Shown: positions 1 to 6,279 of the stretch, one piece after another
Numbering within the stretch: position 1 is the first letter of the stretch
Layout of the letters: every line of letters begins with the position of its first letter
NCBI RefSeq assembly: GCF_000143415.4
Contig: NW_003314342.1
Location: forward strand, 1-6,744
From: Selaginella moellendorffii
Lineage: Eukaryota; Plantae; Lycopodiophyta
Direction: 5' to 3'
DNA: 6,744 nucleotides
The notes under the pieces: model-generated
Seen by the model: the letters and a program-made list of their open reading frames with translations, nothing else
Databases searched by the model: none
What the model was told of the DNA's origin: nothing
Translations under genes and position numbers: made by a program

Positions 1-304
1 GTGACCACGAACCGACAAGTCATACCTCAAGCCTCGGATTGCTCCCAACCCCCTGCCTCCACCCGGTTGCCTACTTTAACCAAGCCCCGGACCACCCAGC
101 AGTCTTGGCGCACAGGGATGACATCAGCCCTAACCTCTTGCTCACTTCTGAGCTTCTCCCCCCTTAAGAAAAAAGGTCTGTTGTTCTCTTGGAGTTCAAG
201 AGGCATCCTCTTCACCGTCTCCTCTGTTTTTGCTAGCTAGTTAGCTCTTACAAGAAGGAGCACAAGCCAAGTTCAGCTCCATGCTCAGCTCTATCATCTC
301 CTCT

Positions 305-873
305 TTAAGACACCTCACCTCTTTGAGGCCATTCAGAAGAGCTAGCACGCTTCACCTCTAGACGTCCCCCCCCCCCCTTTTTTGCAATTGTCTCTTCAAA
401 CTCATCATACTTATTTAACTCACCAAACCTTACCAAGCCGAGTGCAGGTTTTGAAACCCCATGAGTCACCTTGGCCAACAATCTTGACGTGCGGATGCGT
501 CCAAACTGCTGGACCATTTCTCCAGGAGATAACTTATGCTACAACACTCTCCGCTCGACGATCTCAATGTGGAAAGATCCACAAAGCTGTCCCACTCATC
601 ATAGTTGTAGAAGAAATCATCCTCATACTGCATCTGCAACCTTGCTCGAGCCCAAGCCTCTGCCATTGCAAGCTTCTCCCTCATCTTGATCAGCTCACAC
701 TTGAGGCGGCAAAACAAGTCCAGGTCCTGAGGAACAACAATGGAATACACCTTTCCTGGGTACCTGTCTCGAAACCTGTGAAAGTACAGTGGACGATGTG
801 GTGTTTCAGATCGCAGTGGAATGATAACTTGATGAAAGCAACAAAACCATCGAGCTCGCTCTTTGGGGATCAA
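305..873 (-). pseudogene. Possible degraded coding fragment of unknown family
   Basis: Overlapping minus-strand frames (466-873 and 305-517) have protein-like composition (RLKCELIKMREKLAMAEAWARARLQMQYEDDFFYNYDEWDSF; GLVRFGELNKYDEFEETIAKK). Joining them needs a frameshift and read-through of a TAG. No family recognised. Confidence 0.2.
366..383. repeat. C12-T6 homopolymer tract
   Basis: C run 366-377 followed by T run 378-383. Confidence 0.9.
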
Positions 874-1252
874 TTATCATCTCCTCCTTTGAAGCAATGA
901 GCAGCAGGCCTTGATTGCATCCAGAAGTACTAGAGATAGTCTGCAAAAGCAAGTTTGACACCAGTTATTTTGGCAACACAGAAGAAAAAGAAGAAAAATA
1001 AACTCAAGTTTCAAAATTTATAGAGATCCATACAATCCAAATCAAGATCAATCTTCCACGAACTTAATGCCACTTTCAGCACCTCCAAGCTCTGCCGAAA
1101 AACATAGCCACGGTATGCCACAATCGTTCGCTTGAAAATCTGAAGATGTCAATCGAAGCATGCAAGCAAAAACATGAAGTAAAGAAGCGCAGCTGGACAA
1201 CAAAGGAGATGAACTGAGTGAGGCCAAGAACACATATAAGGACTGACTGTAA

Positions 1253-1502
1253 GCATGTGAGGCTTTGCACGGTTTTCTCCTCCGTGCGTGGCTTCATGTG
1301 CGAAGAGTTTGGTGTGGTAAGGTATGTTGCGGAGCAGCCAGAAGCCCAGGGTGAATATAAGTACATGAGGCCTTGTGAGGTTTTACCACCGCCCGAGGAC
1401 TCCTGTGCATGGGCCCCGGGCGAGAGTCATTTGCGAAAGTGTTCTGCATGAAACTGGTGCCCTGAGGCTTCTGGCCGTGTCGCCCCATGAAGAGCATTTT
1501 TT
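1253..1502 (+). ncRNA. Putative structured RNA element of unknown family
   Basis: Hand-folded: 20-bp hairpin 1253-1272/1282-1301; 17-bp stem 1337-1353/1458-1475 with one bulged A; three inner hairpins, one capped by GCGA (1433-1436); T6 at 1497-1502. No expression or covariation evidence is available. Confidence 0.4.
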
Positions 1503-1593
1503 ATATAATTGGTGTAGAGTGTGGTTTATTTTTGCATATTGAGTGTATCAATATCTTTTAGTTAGCAGATTATATTGAAGAACTGAAGACTAC

Positions 1594-1941
1594 CTACAGT
1601 TAAGTGCATGCAGCAACAGATTATATAAAAAATGAATGCAGAGAATAACAAATCAGGATTTCTAGGAAGTTCGTGCGTAATAATAATAATAATCATAAAA
1701 ACCTGATGTTCAGCCAGTTAGAAGATTGTCTGAAAATTATGCATGATTCTTCAGCTCTTGAGCAACTGATTGCTGCTGGCTCACTTTCTATATATATCAA
1801 AGAAACAATAAACATCTAAGCTGCTGCAGTTAAGCTGTGACATTGTAAAGTTTAAAAAGGAAAAGAATTAGAAAAAGAAAAAACAGAAAACACGAGTTTT
1901 TTACTGCTACAGTTAAGTACTAACAAATCGGGATTTCTAGG
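1594..1941 (+). repeat. Short dispersed direct repeats in the AT-rich upstream region
   Basis: CTACAGTTAAGT at 1594-1605 and 1907-1918; TAACAAATC(A/G)GGATTTCTAGG at 1646-1666 and 1921-1941 (20/21); CTGCT(G/A)CAGTTAAG at 1821-1834 and 1904-1917. Confidence 0.8.
1678..1692. repeat. (TAA)5 microsatellite
   Basis: Direct read. Confidence 0.85.
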
Positions 1942-1956
1942 GTATGCGTGCGGCGC

Positions 1957-1964
1957 TAGGGTTT
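1957..1964 (-). promoter_or_regulatory. Telo-box (AAACCCTA) just upstream of the PPR start
   Basis: TAGGGTTT on the + strand, ~40 nt upstream of ATG 2003. Telo-boxes are common near plant transcription starts, but an 8-mer can occur by chance. Confidence 0.35.
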
Positions 1965-2002
1965 GTGTGGTGTGTGTGCAACAATCTCATGCAGTTTCAA
2001 AC

Positions 2003-5000
2003 ATGTTTCTACCGGAGAGAGGGATCGCCAACAGGAAAACACCAACCTGGGTCTCTGCAAAACTCGAGTCGCTCGCTGACCCAGCTGTAGGTAAGGCCAC
2101 CACGGCTCGCTACAAATCTCCACATACACCTGTAGCTGGTGATGAACCGGTGAGTTTAGGGAGGCTGATATACCGCGTGAGAGACTCAGCTGAGAGCAGA
2201 TCCCTTTCTTTGGGAAAACAAGCCCATGAAGCTGTGCTCAAGAGTGATGAGCACAAAAGCAACATCTACTTGTTGACGGGATTGATCGATATGTACTGCA
2301 AGTGTGGCGAGCTTGAGGAGGCTCGCAAGATTTTCGACTCCATGGGAACCCGGAGTGTTGTGTCCTACAACGCGATCATCAAGGGCTGCGGCTCGAACGG
2401 GCAAGCTGAACTTGCTCTGGAGTACTACTCTGCCCTGAGAGCTTGTACCACCATTCAACCCAACGATCGGACACATGTCGCGGTGATCAGCGCCTGCTCC
2501 AGACTTGCTACCGAATCCAGCGAGAAGAGGGAGAGAGCTCTGCGCATCGGGATGGAGATCCATTCAATGCTGAGCAAGGAGAAGAAACAGGTAGATCTGT
2601 TCGTGGCGACTTGCCTGGTCGACATGTACTGCAAGTGTGGCGAGCTTGAGGAGGCTCGCAAGATTTTCCACTCCATGGGAACTCGGAGTGTTGTGTCCTA
2701 CAACGCGATCATCCACGGCTGCGGCTCGAACGGGCAAGCTGAACTTGCTCTGGAGTACTACTCTGCCCTGAGAGCTGATAACACCATTCAACCTGACGAT
2801 TGGACACATGTCGCGGTGATCAGCGCCTGCTCCACACTTGCTACTGCCAGCGAGAAGAGGGAGAGAGCTCTACGCATCGGGATGCAAGTCCATTCAGTAC
2901 TGAGCAAGGAGAAGAAACATCTAGGTCTGTTCGTGGCGAATTGCCTGGTAGACATGTACTGCAAGTGTGGCGAGCTTGAGGAGGCTCGCAAGATTTTCCA
3001 CTCCATGGGAACTCGGAGTGTTGTGTCCTACACCGCGATCATCCAGGGGTGCAACACGAACGGGCGAGCTGAACTTGCTCTAGAGTACTACTCTGCCCTG
3101 AGAGCTTGTACCACCATTCAACCCAACGATCGGACACATGTCGCGGTGATCAGCGCCTGCTCCACACTTGCTACCGAATCCAGCGAGAAGAGGGAGAGAG
3201 CTCTACGCATCGGGATGGAAGTCCATTCAGTACTGAGCAAGGAGAAGAAACATCTAGGTCTGTACATGGCGACTTGCCTGGTAGACATGTACTGCAAGTG
3301 TGGCGAGCTTGAGGAGGCTTGCAAGATTTTCCACTCCATGGGAACTCGGAGTGTTGTGTCCTACACCGCGATCATCCAGGGGTGCAACACGAACGGGCGA
3401 GCTGAACTTGCTCTGGAGTACTACTCTGCCCTGAGAGCTGATAACACCATTCAACCCGACGATCGGACTCATGTCGTGGTGATCAGCGCCTGCTCCACAC
3501 TTGCTACCGAATCCAGCGAGAAGAGGGAGAGAGCTCTATGCATCGGGATGGAGATCCATTCAATGCTGAGCAAGGAGAAGAAACAGCTAGCTCTGTTCGT
3601 GGCGAATTGCCTGGTAGACATGTACTGCAAGTGTGGCGAGCTTGAGGAGGCTCGCAAGATTTTCCACTCCATGGGAACTCGGAGTGTTGTGTCCTACACC
3701 GCGATCATCCAGGGGTGCAACACGAACGGGCGAGCTGAACTTGCTCTGGAGTACTACTCTGCCCTGAGAGCTGATAACACCATTCAACCCGACGATCGGA
3801 CTCATGTCGTGGTGATCAGCGCCTGCTCCACACTTGCTACCGAATCCAGCGAGAAGAGGGAGAGAGCTCTACGCATCGGGATGGAGATCCATTCAATGCT
3901 GAGCAAGGAGAAGAAACAGCTAGATCTGTTCGTGGCGACTTGCCTGGTAGACATGTACTGCAAGTGTGGCGAGCTTGAGGAGGCTCGCAAGATTTTCCAC
4001 TCCATGGGAACTCGGAGTGTTGTCTCCTACACCGCAATCATCCAGGGCTGCAACATGAACGGGCGAGGTGAACTTGCTCTGGAGTACTACTCTGCCCTGA
4101 GAGCTGATAACACCATTCAACCCGACGATCGGACTCATGTCGCGGTGATCAGTGCCTGCTCCACACTTGCTACCGAATCCAGCGAGAAGAGGGAGAGAGC
4201 TCTACGCATCGGGATGGAGATCCATTCAATGCTGAGCAAGGAGAAGAAACAGCTAGATCTATTCGTGGCGAATTGCCTGGTAGACATGTATTGCAAGTGT
4301 GGCGAGCTTGAGGAGGCTCGCAAGATTTTCAACTCCATGGGAACTCGGAGTGTTGTGTCCTACACTGCGATCATCCAGGGCTGCAACACGAACGGGCAAG
4401 CTGAACTTGCTCTGGAGTATTACTCTGCCCTGAGAGCTGATAACACCGTTCAAGCTGATGCTTGCACCTACACCTGTGTCCTTGTTGCTTGCGGGAGTGT
4501 GATGGCGATCAAGCTCGGGAGGGAGATTCACCAGCTGGCGAAGCATAAAGGGCTGCTGAAAAACAATCCAGTTCTGGGCTCCAGCCTGGTGAGCTTCTAC
4601 GGCAAATGTGGCGATGTTGATTCTGCTCAGGAAGCGTTTGACGAGTGCCGAGCTCGGGACGACACGGGTCTCTGGAACTCTCTCATACAGGCTTACACTC
4701 TCCAGGGCCGATCGATCGAGGCCTTGGAGCGTTTCTATTCCATGACTCAGGAGGAGGGCTGTAAAGCTGACGATGTGAGTTTTGTTTCGGTGTTGAACGC
4801 TTGCAGCCATGGTGGTCTGGTCGGGAAAGGAAGGCAGCTTCTGGATGAAATGCCCAAGCAGTATGGAGTCAAGCCACGTCTGGAGCATTATGTGTGCCTG
4901 ATCGATATGCTCGGGCGAGCTAACCTCCTCGACGAAGCTGTGAGAGTTCTCAGAGCCATGCCTTTTGAACCGGATGCAGTGGTTTGGACGTCCCTGCTCG

Positions 5001-5596
5001 GAGCCTGCCGGAAGTGGAAGAATTACACGATCGGCAAACTCGCGTTTGAGCGTCTTGTGGAGATGGATCCCAAGAGCGGCACGCCCTACGCATTGATGGC
5101 CAATATATTTGGAAACCTGGGGATGCTCAGTGAAAGGGCCGCTGTTGTGGAGAGAATGAGAGGTGAAGGCAGCTTCAGGGAGCCCGGGAGAAGCTGGTGG
5201 ACGGATGTTTGCTCAGGAAAAGTGCATTCTTTTTCTGTCGAGGATAGGAGTCACTCACAGAGCGACGAGATTGCGGCCAAGCTCAAGCAATTGTTGCTGA
5301 GAATGAAAGAGGAGGGGTATGCGAGCGATGTGATCAACGTTCTAAAAGACATACCCGAGGAAGAGAAAGAGGATCACCTGTGCGGCCACAGTGAGAAGCT
5401 TGCGCTGGGGTGTGCTCTGGTGAACTCGCACCAGAAGGAGACCATCAGAATTGTGAAAAATCTCCGAGTTTGTGACGATTGCCATGCGGCCACTGCTCTC
5501 ATCTCTAAGCTGGAAAAAAGGCTAATCATCTGCAAAGATGCCAGTCGGGTTCATGTGTTCCAGGATGGCAGATGTTCCTGTGACAACTACTTTTGA
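2003..5596 (+). CDS. PLS-class PPR-E1-E2-DYW protein (DYW:WW subtype), putative organellar C-to-U RNA editing factor
   Basis: Uninterrupted ORF; the track starts it at GTG 1967, and the first in-frame ATG is 2003 (A at -3). Hand parse: degenerate L (2147-2263), [S-P-longL]x6 + S-P (2264-4459), L1 4460-4567, S1 4568-4663, P2 4664-4771, L2 4772-4879, S2 4880-4975, E1 4976-5077, E2 5078-5179, DYW 5180-5593, TGA 5594-5596. Typical motifs: LVDMYCKCGELEEARKIF, SFVSVLNACSHGGLV, EHYVCLIDMLGRA, VVWTSLLGACR. The start codon is uncertain. Confidence 0.95.
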   Translation: MFLPERGIANRKTPTWVSAKLESLADPAVGKATTARYKSPHTPVAGDEPVSLGRLIYRVRDSAESRSLSLGKQAHEAVLKSDEHKSNIYLLTGLIDMYCKCGELEEARKIFDSMGTRSVVSYNAIIKGCGSNGQAELALEYYSALRACTTIQPNDRTHVAVISACSRLATESSEKRERALRIGMEIHSMLSKEKKQVDLFVATCLVDMYCKCGELEEARKIFHSMGTRSVVSYNAIIHGCGSNGQAELALEYYSALRADNTIQPDDWTHVAVISACSTLATASEKRERALRIGMQVHSVLSKEKKHLGLFVANCLVDMYCKCGELEEARKIFHSMGTRSVVSYTAIIQGCNTNGRAELALEYYSALRACTTIQPNDRTHVAVISACSTLATESSEKRERALRIGMEVHSVLSKEKKHLGLYMATCLVDMYCKCGELEEACKIFHSMGTRSVVSYTAIIQGCNTNGRAELALEYYSALRADNTIQPDDRTHVVVISACSTLATESSEKRERALCIGMEIHSMLSKEKKQLALFVANCLVDMYCKCGELEEARKIFHSMGTRSVVSYTAIIQGCNTNGRAELALEYYSALRADNTIQPDDRTHVVVISACSTLATESSEKRERALRIGMEIHSMLSKEKKQLDLFVATCLVDMYCKCGELEEARKIFHSMGTRSVVSYTAIIQGCNMNGRGELALEYYSALRADNTIQPDDRTHVAVISACSTLATESSEKRERALRIGMEIHSMLSKEKKQLDLFVANCLVDMYCKCGELEEARKIFNSMGTRSVVSYTAIIQGCNTNGQAELALEYYSALRADNTVQADACTYTCVLVACGSVMAIKLGREIHQLAKHKGLLKNNPVLGSSLVSFYGKCGDVDSAQEAFDECRARDDTGLWNSLIQAYTLQGRSIEALERFYSMTQEEGCKADDVSFVSVLNACSHGGLVGKGRQLLDEMPKQYGVKPRLEHYVCLIDMLGRANLLDEAVRVLRAMPFEPDAVVWTSLLGACRKWKNYTIGKLAFERLVEMDPKSGTPYALMANIFGNLGMLSERAAVVERMRGEGSFREPGRSWWTDVCSGKVHSFSVEDRSHSQSDEIAAKLKQLLLRMKEEGYASDVINVLKDIPEEEKEDHLCGHSEKLALGCALVNSHQKETIRIVKNLRVCDDCHAATALISKLEKRLIICKDASRVHVFQDGRCSCDNYF
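2264..4459 (+). repeat. Coding tandem array of ~6.5 near-identical 333-bp (111-aa) S-P-long-L PPR triplets
   Basis: The anchor ATGTA(C/T)TGCAAGTGTGGCGAGCTTGAGGAGGCT occurs at 2291, 2624, 2954, 3287, 3620, 3953 and 4286. Spacing is 333, 330, 333, 333, 333, 333; unit 2 has a 3-nt deletion near 2846. Confidence 0.98.
5180..5593 (+). other. DYW cytidine-deaminase domain, WW subtype
   Basis: PG box EPGRSWWTD; Zn-deaminase signature HSEK (5387-5398) and CDDCH (5471-5485); second Zn-site HxxxxxxCSC; ATALISKLE..IIC segment; C-terminal tripeptide NYF in place of DYW. Confidence 0.92.
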
Positions 5597-5942
5597 AAAC
5601 ATGTCAGTGCTCTTTCTTGCAGTTATCCCTGGTTTTAAACCCTCTGTGAGTCAAGCAGAAACATGGGCCGCTGAGTGAGCAAAGTACTGCTGTCAACCTG
5701 AACTTCACGGAGAAAAAATTAACATTTAAAGTTAAAACTATGCAAAAGGAGGATGACACGTTGTCTTAAATTTAAATTTCTTTTTGGTAGCCAGGAATGC
5801 TGTCAGTCGCATGGGGGCTTGGTGGGGAGCTGGGTTCTGAGGTGACTGACGCAAAACATGTACGTGCCTGCATGCCCTTTGCGCGTGCACTAAGTAAGCA
5901 TGTGGTGGAGGACATAGGTGCCCCAAAACGGAGTGCCCAGAT

Positions 5943-6250
5943 TCAGATAATAAGCCTTAGTATGAACCCAAACTCTTTGCTGATAGCAAGTACCGCCTCA
6001 TGTTCCGGGAGCAAGGTGATGGTGGCTTGCGGCATGACCAACTTTGGGTTTGTGCTCCTAGAGCACGTTGAAGACGTGTGGAAGCTGGTGACGATGGCAT
6101 TTGTTTCTTGCAACGTACTCACTAGCTCCTCGGCGACGTCTTCCTTCCAGATTTTTTGAGCTTGTCATGAGTGGTGATCTGCTTGCTCTCTCCTGTGACG
6201 ACTTCTTCCAGCCTCTGGTGCCCAACCTCAAGGCTCTCTTGTGGATGGAG
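5943..6250 (-). pseudogene. Possible frameshifted coding fragment of unknown family, convergent with the PPR gene
   Basis: Two minus-strand open stretches (LHPQESLEVGHQRLEEVVTGESKQITTHDKLKK and IWKEDVAEELVSTLQETNAIV...EFGFILRLII*) abut at the T6/A6 run near 6152-6157. No family recognised. Confidence 0.15.
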
Positions 6251-6263
6251 CTAGCCCTACACA

Positions 6264-6279
6264 GTGTGTGTGTGTGTGT
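6264..6279. repeat. (GT)8 microsatellite
   Basis: Direct read. Confidence 0.9.

Noticed and set aside
382-900. 172-aa + strand ORF
   Set aside because: It has a TTG start, and its composition (IIVVEEIILILHLQ) looks like the antisense of the minus-strand frame.
1048-1497. Four short overlapping ORFs (61-96 aa)
   Set aside because: No recognisable domain and mostly non-ATG starts; the GC-rich part is better explained by base-paired structure.
1253-1502. Telomerase RNA, SRP RNA, RNase MRP, U3, hammerhead ribozyme or TPP riboswitch
   Set aside because: No AACCCU template, SRP helix-8 motif, GAAAGUCCCC/GGGGCU P4 pair, box C/C' motif, CUGANGA-GAAA core or TPP core was found by eye. A covariance-model search is still needed.
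1248-1550. Solo LTR (TGT...CA boundaries)
   Set aside because: The flanks CTGAC and ATATC are not a target-site duplication, and no PBS or polypurine tract is adjacent.
2264-4459. CRISPR-like or non-coding satellite interpretation of the tandem array
   Set aside because: There are no unique spacers. Units are 330-333 bp, in frame, and encode recognisable PPR motifs.
2186-4888. Many recurring short ORFs on the minus strand and in alternative + frames (MEWKILRASSSSPHLQ..., MSPIVGLNG..., MYHHSTQ...)
   Set aside because: They are shadows of the repeated PPR coding frame and recur only because the DNA unit is repeated.
5180-5596. U-to-C editing DYW:KP-type enzyme
   Set aside because: The domain has a PG/WW box (PGRSWW) and lacks the KPAxA box and GRP/DRH-type terminus of the KP group.
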